Origin: a virus | Lineage: Duplodnaviria; Caudoviricetes | Length of the DNA stretch: 64,000 bases | Strand: one strand, 5' to 3' | IMG/VR virus record: IMGVR_UViG_3300028392_002123 | Shown: positions 10,202-19,503 of the stretch, in pieces | Layout of the letters: each line of letters begins with the position of its first letter | Numbering within the stretch: position 1 is the first letter of the stretch | Position numbers and translations under genes: made by a program | Notes under the pieces: model-generated | Databases searched by the model: none | Seen by the model: only the letters and a program-made list of their open reading frames with translations | Told to the model about the DNA's origin: nothing

Positions 10202-10790
10202 AAATATTGCAGAAAACGTGGGCATACTGCCCGATTACATGATAAAAGATATCATGGCCTATGAAAGTGATATAGAACCAGTTAAAGATTATCGTGCTGT
10301 ATTAGGTAAAGAAAATTTAATTCAGAATTTTGTTAAAATGTCGCCAGACCTACAACGACAAGTAACACAGGTCAGTAGCTATATTTTATCTTTACAACTG
10401 CCTATTCTTAAGGAAATGGTCATATATGAAAGTTTATTAGTTAATATTCCCACAGTGACCAGTACGATTGTCATGCCCACACGTTATCTATGCAGGGTGG
10501 GTGAATTAATTATTGCTCCTTTAAAAGGTGGTTGCGTCATTGAAAGCGAAGAATTTCCCAGTAGTGTAGCATTTAAACCAGGCTACTTGTATAGGATTAA
10601 CAATAGAGTCAACAGTACCTTTATGGCCACACCAGACTTTCTCTGTGTAGCATTTAATCTCTTGGACTTTGATCTTAGACGCTACTTGATGCCCCATGAT
10701 CTAAGAAGCGCATTTATTCGTCGCAAGGACGAACATTTAAATCCCGACGAAGCTCCAGACAATCCCGGAGTGCCCAAAGATGCGTACTGA
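10191..10790 (+). CDS. Degenerate beta-hydroxylase-like protein
   Basis: Aligns by eye with neighbours (IIAPL...YLYRINNRVN) but lacks HxD and distal His; SD GGAG before ATG 10191. Confidence 0.4.
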   Translation: MYFKNIAENVGILPDYMIKDIMAYESDIEPVKDYRAVLGKENLIQNFVKMSPDLQRQVTQVSSYILSLQLPILKEMVIYESLLVNIPTVTSTIVMPTRYLCRVGELIIAPLKGGCVIESEEFPSSVAFKPGYLYRINNRVNSTFMATPDFLCVAFNLLDFDLRRYLMPHDLRSAFIRRKDEHLNPDEAPDNPGVPKDAY

Positions 10791-11682
10791 ACCTTTGATA
10801 GCCAAAAGCGGCCGCGAGTTATCCTGGGGCATACGTATGTATGTTGACAGCTACGAAGAACTGGTCAGCATGGGCCGAGAAGAACTGACACGCTTGGTCT
10901 ATGCTAATAAATTCTTTGCTGTGCGCGGCATGTCAGGCATGACCAAACAACAGTTCTGGGACTTGTGCAATATGTTCGGCGGAGGCTGTTGGACCAAAGA
11001 AGATTACCTTGTGGGCAAAGAACAAAACTTTCCCATAGATGATGATGGCAGTACTGATAGAGTATTTGCGTTTTACACTAATCACGGTAATACTGCCAAG
11101 GCCATAGGTGATGCTGAAATGAGTTGGCACGTGGATATCCCACTGTGGCCCACACACAAAGCTCCTTTACGTGCTTTTTATGCTACTAGTATACCTGACA
11201 ATCGTTATGGTATCACACGCTTCGCGGATCGTGCCTATGGTTGGCTAACAATGACTCCCGAAGAACAAGAAGAAGCTCTTAAGTGGGATTTACTATATCA
11301 AAGCTGGTACGAGCCTGGCACTAACCTAACTTGGTTGCCTGTGGTAGATACTAGTCCTGTGGACGGCAAACCCTATTTACAGTTTACCAGTTTCAGTAAC
11401 AGCGGCAAAAAATACAGCCACTATGCACATGGCTGGAAAGTACATGGTTGGGTATTTGGAGCACGTCGCGAGGGTGTGCCCATGAACGCAGACTATGTTA
11501 GTTTTCTGCATGAAAAGACCATTGTGGATGATAACATATTTGAAAATGTCTGGGACGAAGAAGATTTTGTTATCTATACCAATGTACATATGATACATGA
11601 TAGAACTCCGCTTAAAAGTGAAATACAGACCAAGCCCAGAGAGTTTTATCGTTTGAACGTTTTTAACAGCTGGCAAAAGTGA
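10780..11682 (+). CDS. TauD/TfdA family dioxygenase
   Basis: SWHVD...T.FAD...W...D..IYTN..MIHDR. Confidence 0.8.
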   Translation: MRTEPLIAKSGRELSWGIRMYVDSYEELVSMGREELTRLVYANKFFAVRGMSGMTKQQFWDLCNMFGGGCWTKEDYLVGKEQNFPIDDDGSTDRVFAFYTNHGNTAKAIGDAEMSWHVDIPLWPTHKAPLRAFYATSIPDNRYGITRFADRAYGWLTMTPEEQEEALKWDLLYQSWYEPGTNLTWLPVVDTSPVDGKPYLQFTSFSNSGKKYSHYAHGWKVHGWVFGARREGVPMNADYVSFLHEKTIVDDNIFENVWDEEDFVIYTNVHMIHDRTPLKSEIQTKPREFYRLNVFNSWQK

Positions 11683-12266
11683 AGGTCATTGATTTAATTA
11701 AAACACCCATGGAGGGCCTGTGGGCAGACTGTCTGACAGTGATTGCTGACAGTGAGGATCCCTTAAAAGAAAATTATACCACAATAAACTTTGAAGAGTT
11801 TATCAGTTTTCCCTGTGTCGTTGACAGTGATAGAATAGTCTGTTTCAGCGGCCTGCAATACAACGAACGTAAGTGGGGTCGGGGCATTGCCAGAGCCAGT
11901 AGTAGGATGTGGATAGATCCTGCATATAGACATCAAGGTATTACCAAATTCACTGGTGGTAGTAAATTTCTCAATACCACTTACTGCCTGCCCTTACAGT
12001 TTGCAGAACTTGCGGCCAACAATATTAACAGCGTTTTTATCAGCAGGGAAAGCAATGTTCGTGCTTTTAAAGAATATTTAAAATTGATTAAGATTAACTG
12101 TGGCATGGAATTCGAATTGGAACCGAATTTGTACAATGTCTGTGGGCCACAGTCTGTGATACCTGTGAGTTGCCAACAATTCGTTGCTGTACACCATAGA
12201 AATAAGTCCGCGTCGACTTGGACTGCAAATATGATTAAGTATAAACTTAATGAATTTATTATTTAA
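11679..12266 (+). CDS. GNAT-like acyltransferase
   Basis: SRMWIDPAYRHQGI resembles acetyl-CoA binding motif A. Confidence 0.55.
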   Translation: MKVIDLIKTPMEGLWADCLTVIADSEDPLKENYTTINFEEFISFPCVVDSDRIVCFSGLQYNERKWGRGIARASSRMWIDPAYRHQGITKFTGGSKFLNTTYCLPLQFAELAANNINSVFISRESNVRAFKEYLKLIKINCGMEFELEPNLYNVCGPQSVIPVSCQQFVAVHHRNKSASTWTANMIKYKLNEFII

Positions 12267-12274
12267 ATAACTGT

Positions 12275-13183
12275 ATGAACATGGGAAATATTAAAGGCTA
12301 CTACGAAGATGATCCTTCAAGGGTATTTAGAACCGGTATGATGGATCTACTTACTTTTGAAGTACAAGGATGCACGAGGCCGGCACAGACACTCAAAGAA
12401 GAATTGATGCTAGCGGCCAGTGATATATACAATACTGTACCTGATATACACATAGCACTATCCGGTGGTTGGGAAAGTAACGTATGTCTGCATACTTTTA
12501 TGGAAGCAGGATATAAACCCCGGGTAATGATTCTGGAGTTTCCCCGGGGACTCAATGACTTTGACACAGATCCTGCCAAAGAAGCTTGCCGTAGATATGG
12601 CATTACTCCTACCATCGTACCTGTTGACATGTCCTTTCTAGACTTTATCAAAAACGCTGTAGTACCTGTGGTAGAAAAATATCAAACATATACTTTTTTT
12701 CAAAGTTTGTTTGCTTATTACTTGGAAAAAACAAAAATCAACTGCTTGCTAGTAGATAAAGTAGATCTGCGCCGCGATCTAAATCCTAATGGTCAGTGGA
12801 GTTTTATACGCAGTGAAGTAGCTACATGGACTGATCGATTCAACACACTCAACGAAAATAAAGTATTGATGAATTTTTATTGTCACAGTCCCGAAGCCAT
12901 GCTGGCCTATTTAGAACTGCCCACTATAGTCGACTTGATGAATCATCCTAAAAATGGTAAGCTAAGTCTACAAAGTCTCAAACATAAGATCTATCTAGAA
13001 GGCGGATACAATATTCCATTGTTTACACGAACTGTCAGCACTGATAAGATCATTGGCGTAACAGCGGCCTGCGAAGAAAAGATTAAAAAAGACATTGGTT
13101 GGAAAACTAGGATAGGCTACGTAGAGTATCCTAAAATTGTTCAAGCATTAAAAAGTGAAGGTGGAAAATGGCAATACATTTAA
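12275..13183 (+). CDS. PP-loop (adenine nucleotide alpha-hydrolase)-like protein
   Basis: IALSGGWES variant of SGGxDS; similar to 16184 and 26287 ORFs. Confidence 0.55.
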   Translation: MNMGNIKGYYEDDPSRVFRTGMMDLLTFEVQGCTRPAQTLKEELMLAASDIYNTVPDIHIALSGGWESNVCLHTFMEAGYKPRVMILEFPRGLNDFDTDPAKEACRRYGITPTIVPVDMSFLDFIKNAVVPVVEKYQTYTFFQSLFAYYLEKTKINCLLVDKVDLRRDLNPNGQWSFIRSEVATWTDRFNTLNENKVLMNFYCHSPEAMLAYLELPTIVDLMNHPKNGKLSLQSLKHKIYLEGGYNIPLFTRTVSTDKIIGVTAACEEKIKKDIGWKTRIGYVEYPKIVQALKSEGGKWQYI

Positions 13184-13779
13184 GAAGATTGGTAACAGAA
13201 GACTTGGCCGTTATAGAATCTATGGCCAAAGAAAAATTAGTAATGACCAATACTAAAAGTTTTGTATTTGAAGAAAACGGTGTTGCTGTGTTCAAATACT
13301 TTGTCTTACCAGATTCAATCTATGGCGCAGAAAAAATGCGCTGTTATGGTTACTTTGAAGATGATAAATTATTGGCTGTATTGGGTTTGAGAACATTTGA
13401 TCAATTCCCCAGTTGGATCCTTAGCTTTATTGTCACTAGTAACGACTGTAAAAATAGCATTGACTGTATTAAATCACTGCTAGAGTACACCATAGAAGAA
13501 CAGGAAAAACTGGGATTCTATCAATGGTTTACAGTGAGTAAATTGGAAAAGTTTGAGGTTTGGCAAAAACTATTTAAAAAGGCCAGACAGAAATACCATC
13601 ACTATGTCTATGCAAGAATCCCAGCTAATACCATGCCTAAATGGTTGAGTCACTTGAGCTTTAGCCGCGGAAAATTGTTTCCTTACGATATAAATATCAG
13701 CATGTACATGGCTAAGAGTTTGTGTACTTCGGACGGCGACGACTCGGATGTCGACGAACGTGACATAGACTTTTTATGA
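13168..13779 (+). CDS. Possible GNAT-fold protein
   Basis: YGYFEDDKLLAVLG...W.LSFIV...LLEY...G pattern; no clear motif A. Confidence 0.4.
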   Translation: MAIHLRRLVTEDLAVIESMAKEKLVMTNTKSFVFEENGVAVFKYFVLPDSIYGAEKMRCYGYFEDDKLLAVLGLRTFDQFPSWILSFIVTSNDCKNSIDCIKSLLEYTIEEQEKLGFYQWFTVSKLEKFEVWQKLFKKARQKYHHYVYARIPANTMPKWLSHLSFSRGKLFPYDINISMYMAKSLCTSDGDDSDVDERDIDFL

Positions 13780-14636
13780 ACGAACAAGAACCAATTAAAC
13801 TAAACAATTTTTTATATTTTGTGCTGTATCCAGCACACTTAGCTGCCTTATTAGGTATTTTTGTATTTCCATTCTACTTTGATTTTGGTATTAAACATGT
13901 TGTATGTTTACTGCTAGGATGGGTACTATTAGCAGGCATAGGTAGTGCTATTACCTTACACAGAGTTGTCAGTCACAGAGCATTAGAACCGCGCCGTGGT
14001 TTTAAACCTGTTATGCTGTGGCTGGCCAGTTTGTGTTTACAGGGAAGTCCTTTGGGTTGGGCCAGTATACATAGAGGCGCACATCATAGACATGCTGACA
14101 CAGACAGAGATCCGCATACTCCGCAAAAAGGTTTTTGGTACAGCTATCATGGTTGGCTCTATGACTGGGCAAATTATTATAATTTTAGATTCAGTGTGGA
14201 CTTGATCAGAGATCCCATGCACATGTGGTTCGCACAGCACTACACTAAGATCATTGCTGTAACTTATATAATCGTGGGATTAATCGACTGGCAAGTTCTT
14301 TTATTCATGTTTATTATTCCTGCTGTTTACAGCCTGCATCAAGAAAGCTGTGTAAACTATTTCTGTCACTTGCCTAATAAAGGTTATAGGAACTTTGAAA
14401 CCAAAGATGACAGCAACAATAGATCAGTTATGGCCTTGTTAGTTTGGGGTCAAGCTTGGCACAACAATCATCATGCCAAGGCCAGTGCCTACGACTTTGG
14501 CACCACTGTTAGTGGTCGTATTGACGAATTTGATCCCACATTATTGTTAGTACCTTTACTAGCAACCAAAGAAAGTAGACAACGTATATTTAAAGCGAGA
14601 GAAGATGCAACTACAATTCCGAACACTAATAATTAA
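13776..14636 (+). CDS. Membrane fatty-acid desaturase (delta-9-like)
   Basis: His boxes LHRVVSH, HRGAHHRHAD..DPH, WHNNHH; TM helices. Confidence 0.9.
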   Translation: MNEQEPIKLNNFLYFVLYPAHLAALLGIFVFPFYFDFGIKHVVCLLLGWVLLAGIGSAITLHRVVSHRALEPRRGFKPVMLWLASLCLQGSPLGWASIHRGAHHRHADTDRDPHTPQKGFWYSYHGWLYDWANYYNFRFSVDLIRDPMHMWFAQHYTKIIAVTYIIVGLIDWQVLLFMFIIPAVYSLHQESCVNYFCHLPNKGYRNFETKDDSNNRSVMALLVWGQAWHNNHHAKASAYDFGTTVSGRIDEFDPTLLLVPLLATKESRQRIFKAREDATTIPNTNN

Positions 14637-15153
14637 TCCTGATAATTGGATTATTGGTGAGCATACTAACAAAGATGCTATGATATGGGCGATATCAGAT
14701 CGTCCTTGGTATAATCTTAGAACTTATACTATTAAAGATGAATTTTCTTTGCCCGCACAGTTAAAAACCAATAGCTGGACGCAGGTAGAAATTAATAGGG
14801 AAAACACTTGCCCACAGGATGTGCTGAGAGAAATTAAATTAATCGAAGCTAGAATTAAATTCTGTGCGGAGTTATACTATCGCTTACAAATAGCACAGGA
14901 AAATCTAGGACTCAGCATGACTAATTTTACCTTGGTGCAATTACATGAATATCTCGTCAGCAAAGGACTAGTTGAAGGAGAAGCCAATCCAGATGCCAGC
15001 ATACAGTACGAAAACAAACTGAGATTATTACAAGATTTAAACAACATCAAAAATCAAGTTGTTGCTTCTTTAATGTCTGCGGCAACCATTGAAGATTTTG
15101 CTCAAACAAGAGCACTCATGGAACGCCTATTCTTCACTAACATATTACTATGA
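14605..15153 (+). CDS. Hypothetical helical protein preceding PP-loop ATPase
   Basis: Overlapping start/stop with both neighbours; positional analog of 33547..34170. Confidence 0.6.
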   Translation: MQLQFRTLIINPDNWIIGEHTNKDAMIWAISDRPWYNLRTYTIKDEFSLPAQLKTNSWTQVEINRENTCPQDVLREIKLIEARIKFCAELYYRLQIAQENLGLSMTNFTLVQLHEYLVSKGLVEGEANPDASIQYENKLRLLQDLNNIKNQVVASLMSAATIEDFAQTRALMERLFFTNILL

Positions 15154-16187
15154 ATTTAATTTACTATCATCCGATTGCATTACCCGTAGAACAAAAAGGC
15201 ATATTTCATGCCTGTGTTAATCCACTAATTTCTGTCATGGATAGAACTGATAATCGTTGGCCCGCAAAGCTAGACTATGTCAATTTATTCCCCATGCCCG
15301 CGGTATCGGCGGATCCAACACCTAACTTCATGGACACCAGCATAGCCAGGATAAAAGAATTAACCGAGCATGATCAACATGTTAATCTACTGTGGAGCGG
15401 TGGCATTGACAGCACGTTTATCATGACCATGATGATTGACTTGGGCATTGCTGATCAACTGTTCAATGAAGGTAGATTGACCATTGGTTTAAATCAGGAC
15501 AGTATCAAAGAGAATCCAGTGTTCTATGAAAAGTTTATCAAAGCACGTTATATGAAATGTGTGGTGCAGGCCAATCATATTTTAATTAATCCCAAACCCG
15601 ATCAAGTTATTATCACAGGCGAAATGGCCGACAACTTGGTAGGTAGTTTAACTATGAAAAGTTGTGTAGATTTTTACAACGACTTCAGTGTTGTTCATAA
15701 ACCATATGCCCAGGCCATTGATTGGATGACACGCAATTTAAAAAAGCCTGAATACAAGGATAATCTGCAAAAGTTTTTAGAAAGTGCTATTGCTAAAAGT
15801 CCAGTTGAATTGACCACATGCCATGATCTACTTTGGTATTTGAACTTCAATTATAAATGGCAAGCAGTTAACTTTAGAATTGTCAGCCATTGTCGGGATC
15901 AAAACACTGGAAATTTATTGATTAAAAACTTAAAACATTTCTTTAACACTGACAGTTTTCAACAATGGAGTCTCAAAGAAGGACACTATTTTGAAGGCAG
16001 TAATTGGGGAGATTATAAAAAGGTCATGAAGAAACAAATCTATCAAGTTACCAGCGACTTAGAATATTTTAAGAACAAGACCAAACATCCTAGTTTGCCT
16101 GCATTGCTACGCTATAAAGATACCTTTGACTTTATCTACGAAGACAATGGCAGTTACGTGTTTACTAAAAAACAGATTCAATCATGA
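15150..16187 (+). CDS. Asparagine-synthase-C-like PP-loop ATPase (no glutaminase domain)
   Basis: LLWSGGIDST, TGEMADNL.G, FF...FQQWS. Confidence 0.75.
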   Translation: MNLIYYHPIALPVEQKGIFHACVNPLISVMDRTDNRWPAKLDYVNLFPMPAVSADPTPNFMDTSIARIKELTEHDQHVNLLWSGGIDSTFIMTMMIDLGIADQLFNEGRLTIGLNQDSIKENPVFYEKFIKARYMKCVVQANHILINPKPDQVIITGEMADNLVGSLTMKSCVDFYNDFSVVHKPYAQAIDWMTRNLKKPEYKDNLQKFLESAIAKSPVELTTCHDLLWYLNFNYKWQAVNFRIVSHCRDQNTGNLLIKNLKHFFNTDSFQQWSLKEGHYFEGSNWGDYKKVMKKQIYQVTSDLEYFKNKTKHPSLPALLRYKDTFDFIYEDNGSYVFTKKQIQS

Positions 16188-17095
16188 ACTTTGGCATAGA
16201 AGAAACCACAGGCAAGTTCTACGTAGAACATGTTAGCTGTAGTCGTCAACCTGGCACACTTCGCGAAGAAAGCGATCGTCGTGCCAGAGAGATTTATTCT
16301 AACAATAATAAAGTAATGCTGTGCCTCAGCAGTGGCCTAGACAGTCAAATAGCATTACACAGTTTTCTCAGTCAGGGCATACCTGTTGAATGTGCCTTTT
16401 TACGCTTGGGAGGATTCAACGACAATGAATATGAAAACTTACAAGTATTGGAAAAGAAATACGGATTTAAAAGTCATGTCATTGAACTAGATCCCAATGC
16501 TCGCAGAGAAGAATTAGAAGCACTGAGTCCAGTACTGGACGCACATTTAAATCACTGCATACAACATCTATTCGTCAAAGAGCTACCCCGAGACTATGAC
16601 ATTGTACAAGTACTGCATGATCCATGGTTGGTAACTAGAAAAGATACTGCACAACACTATGTTTATCAAAGTTATTATGATCCAGAGATAGCTCGCTATC
16701 GTGCATTGTCTGCCATACCCGATCGCACAGGTCGTATAGAAATGTTTGGCAACAGCAGTGAATATTTTGTCAGCAGTATCAATGACGAATTATTTCACTA
16801 CTTTCTTAAGAGTTGGGTTTACTATGATGGCAATGGTTTCAAGCTCTACGACCTCAAAGTCAATGACGTTCTGCGCTATGAATACTATATCAAACCCATG
16901 CTGTATGCCAAGCACTGGGGCGATGAACTAATTTACTTTCCCAAGTTCTCGGGCTATGAAAACATTGATTGGCTCTACAAAAGTGTACGTAAAATACAAA
17001 AAGAAAAACAATGCTTTATGCTCTGGCAGGATTTGATCAAACACTATCTTGCTTGTACGGGTACTAGTAAAAGATTCTACGAAGTTAAATTTTAG
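16184..17095 (+). CDS. PP-loop-like protein
   Basis: LCLSSGLDSQ; paralog of 26287..27225. Confidence 0.6.
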   Translation: MNFGIEETTGKFYVEHVSCSRQPGTLREESDRRAREIYSNNNKVMLCLSSGLDSQIALHSFLSQGIPVECAFLRLGGFNDNEYENLQVLEKKYGFKSHVIELDPNARREELEALSPVLDAHLNHCIQHLFVKELPRDYDIVQVLHDPWLVTRKDTAQHYVYQSYYDPEIARYRALSAIPDRTGRIEMFGNSSEYFVSSINDELFHYFLKSWVYYDGNGFKLYDLKVNDVLRYEYYIKPMLYAKHWGDELIYFPKFSGYENIDWLYKSVRKIQKEKQCFMLWQDLIKHYLACTGTSKRFYEVKF

Positions 17096-17101
17096 TCATA
17101 A

Positions 17102-17125
17102 AAAAAGGACCTTTCGGTCCTTTTT
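17102..17125. terminator. Intrinsic terminator closing the enzyme island
   Basis: AAAAAGGACC-TTTC-GGTCCTTTTT. Confidence 0.8.
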
Positions 17126-17139
17126 AAATAAGTAGTTAT

Positions 17140-17337
17140 ATGATTACTGTAGAACAAGCTATTCGAGATATGTACCAGCAGTTAGGCGGGCAACCGTATG
17201 CACAGCGTTTTTATTCCACTACAGTACGAGAGTTTACAGCCAGTCACTTTCATGTCAAAAAGAACTTTGAAACCGACACGATGTTGACTGGCAAACAACA
17301 AGAGTTTGTCCATGATAAATGTCAAACAAAAGGATAA
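17140..17337 (+). CDS. Small hypothetical protein
   Basis: 65 aa ORF after a TAAATA motif. Confidence 0.45.
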   Translation: MITVEQAIRDMYQQLGGQPYAQRFYSTTVREFTASHFHVKKNFETDTMLTGKQQEFVHDKCQTKG

Positions 17338-17399
17338 CGTTATGTATTCAACACAAGAAGAATGCCCAATCTGCGGCGGCAATCATAAAAAATAATAAA

Positions 17400-17603
17400 T
17401 TATTCTTTGATAATTTTTATCAATTTAATTAGATCCCTGCGAATAGCATATTCTGTAGAACCAACACGAATATGCAAACAACCCCGATTTTTTCTTAATA
17501 CTGTTAACAGTCTATCGGGCACAATGCCCAAAGACTTTAGTCTTTCATGATCAACTGAAATGATTCGACATTGTTGATTTGGTTTTAAATCATCTATGTT
17601 CAT
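17400..17603 (-). CDS. feoA: FeoA-like SH3 protein
   Basis: IDDLKPNQQCRI...RLKSLGIVP...V.V..TEYAIRR. Confidence 0.65.
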   Translation of the reverse strand: MNIDDLKPNQQCRIISVDHERLKSLGIVPDRLLTVLRKNRGCLHIRVGSTEYAIRRDLIKLIKIIKE

Positions 17604-17606
17604 ATA

Positions 17607-17683
17607 TGGCGCGGTGGACGGGACTCGAACCCGCGACCCTCGGCGTGACAGGCCGATACTCTAACCAACTGAGCTACCACCGC
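17607..17683 (-). tRNA. tRNA-Asp(GTC)
   Basis: Cloverleaf, loop CT-GTC-AC, encoded CCA. Confidence 0.95.
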
Positions 17684-18311
17684 TAATCTTCTTAACTCTA
17701 ACTAAATCCAGACTGGGATTACACACTGGAATTCTAGCGTATTTAATATAAAAATTCTTTAATAATTCTAACTCTATGTCCTTGCACAAACTAGGATGCA
17801 TGGGCAAGTATGCTTGATAACATTTATCAATTAACTTAGCATCAAAGTTTTCTTTAAACGCAGTACCACAACCATAGGGACTAAGTCTATTATTTCTAAT
17901 AGTTCCTTTAAAGTCTGTGCGTCTGCCTAACATACAATTACGTGTTACTGCTCTACTTTCACCAATGTAAATAACCTGTTCAGATAAAAAATCTGCAGGT
18001 CCCGGGGGAACAGTATCTTCAAATAGTCCATATATATAACAACCTGGATGTGCTTTGTCAAAGCCCCAGGTCCTGGACCAAGGTTCGTCTATGTGATGCC
18101 AAGCTGTAAAATTTTTAAAGTCTGGCCTTACAGTAGTTTTTAGTTGTGTGACAAAATATTCAACGCCACTTAACTCAGCACACTTCCGTAGGCTATAAGC
18201 CAATTGTTCTATGTTAGAATCTTTGAATATATCATAGAGTTGGTCTTCGGTTAATCCGTGATTACCTGATCCCATTCTAATATTTTTAGCAAGTATCTGT
18301 GCGGCGTTCAT
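17661..18311 (-). CDS. GIY-YIG-like nuclease; 3' end overlaps tRNA-Asp
   Basis: GCYIYGL...VIYIGES...R...E pattern. Confidence 0.55.
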   Translation of the reverse strand: MNAAQILAKNIRMGSGNHGLTEDQLYDIFKDSNIEQLAYSLRKCAELSGVEYFVTQLKTTVRPDFKNFTAWHHIDEPWSRTWGFDKAHPGCYIYGLFEDTVPPGPADFLSEQVIYIGESRAVTRNCMLGRRTDFKGTIRNNRLSPYGCGTAFKENFDAKLIDKCYQAYLPMHPSLCKDIELELLKNFYIKYARIPVCNPSLDLVRVKKISGGSSVG

Positions 18312-18320
18312 TGTTATAAT

Positions 18321-18398
18321 TGGAGCAACGGGTAGGATTTGAACCTACGGTTTTAGGGATTTGCAATCCCTTGCATTGGGCCACTCTGCCACCGTTGC
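18321..18398 (-). tRNA. tRNA-Cys(GCA)
   Basis: Loop TT-GCA-AA, CCA. Confidence 0.93.
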
Positions 18399-18403
18399 AT
18401 TGT

Positions 18404-18478
18404 TGGTACTCGATAGGGGAATCGAACCCCTCTTTCCGGCGTGAAAGGCCAGCGTCCTAACCGATAGACGAATCGAGC
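18404..18478 (-). tRNA. tRNA-Glu(TTC)
   Basis: Loop CT-TTC-AC, CCA. Confidence 0.95.
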
Positions 18479-18495
18479 AATGATATTATTTTACA

Positions 18496-19146
18496 TTAAA
18501 TGTTTGACTGTGTCAACTGATATTTTGCAATTAGATTATCAATTAATTCTTTTTTTGGTTCAGTGTGAAATTGATACCAGATGTGTAATCTTCTATGACC
18601 TTTGGGAACATGGATATCATGCTGTATCGCTGTTTGTATCAGCACCGGAGTACTGGTAATAGGTTGATGTACAGTCAATGATTCTGTGTCGTTTCTAAAT
18701 TTCCAAAGACATTCCGGAGTTGTTTCCACAGCAATGTGTACACGAAAGGGAGTGTGATTATCCACGTGCCAGTTAAGATTTACATTAGCATGATCTTTGT
18801 ATAATAAACTTGATCTTGCTCTAGGCGGCCCTATTTCTAAGTATTCTGAAAATAACTTTCCCAGCTGTTGAATATAAGATCCCTGCAATGATCTGGGCCA
18901 ATGCACTAAATCTCTGTCATCTTCTCCTGTGGCCAGTATATGTCTACTATGAGGATTAAATTTACGTTGTCCACTGTATTTTGTAAAACTGAAATTGTCG
19001 TTGTTAAGATCTTCTAGTTGACAAGTTAGACCGCAGTCTATGCCAATCTGTGGTTTAACTATGTTATAAATCTCTTGTCGAACTTTATCAACATCAACAT
19101 TAATATCTACTAAGGGGATATAAAATTGATCTAATAGTGTATGCAT
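18496..19146 (-). CDS. Asp/Asn beta-hydroxylase-like 2OG oxygenase
   Basis: WHVDN...RVHIA...QHDI; TATAAATA at 19152-19159. Confidence 0.6.
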   Translation of the reverse strand: MHTLLDQFYIPLVDINVDVDKVRQEIYNIVKPQIGIDCGLTCQLEDLNNDNFSFTKYSGQRKFNPHSRHILATGEDDRDLVHWPRSLQGSYIQQLGKLFSEYLEIGPPRARSSLLYKDHANVNLNWHVDNHTPFRVHIAVETTPECLWKFRNDTESLTVHQPITSTPVLIQTAIQHDIHVPKGHRRLHIWYQFHTEPKKELIDNLIAKYQLTQSNI

Positions 19147-19159
19147 GGTGATATTTATA

Positions 19160-19234
19160 TGGCCGGTCCGGAGAGATTCGAACTCCCGACAGCTGGTTTC
19201 GAAGACCAGAACTCTTCCACTGAGCTACGGACCG
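19160..19234 (-). tRNA. tRNA-Arg(TCG)
   Basis: Loop CT-TCG-AA, CCA. Confidence 0.93.
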
Positions 19235-19283
19235 TACGACTTATGTTGTATATATCAATGACCAGTTATCTTTAAATAAGTGT

Positions 19284-19478
19284 ATGACTAGAACTCTTTC
19301 AATTTACGTTAATAATATATTTTGGAAAGCCATTACCATAGATGTTGCTCCAAATAATTCATACCCACTGGGCCCTATACTAGAAATGGTTAATACTGCA
19401 CGAGCCAACGGCGTTTTCAATGATTACGAAGTTAGTCCGGATCATTTTAACATACGTGTTGCGCTGTCGCATAATTAA
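19284..19478 (+). CDS. Small hypothetical protein
   Basis: 64 aa ORF 5 nt after TAAATA. Confidence 0.5.
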   Translation: MTRTLSIYVNNIFWKAITIDVAPNNSYPLGPILEMVNTARANGVFNDYEVSPDHFNIRVALSHN

Positions 19479-19503
19479 TAAGATCTAACTGTTAAATACT
19501 TGT

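Noticed and set aside
14605-17095. Lasso-peptide cluster (AsnB-like cyclase)
   Set aside because: No transglutaminase-like B2 protease, PqqD/RRE or precursor with a leader Thr and Gly-start core was recognisable
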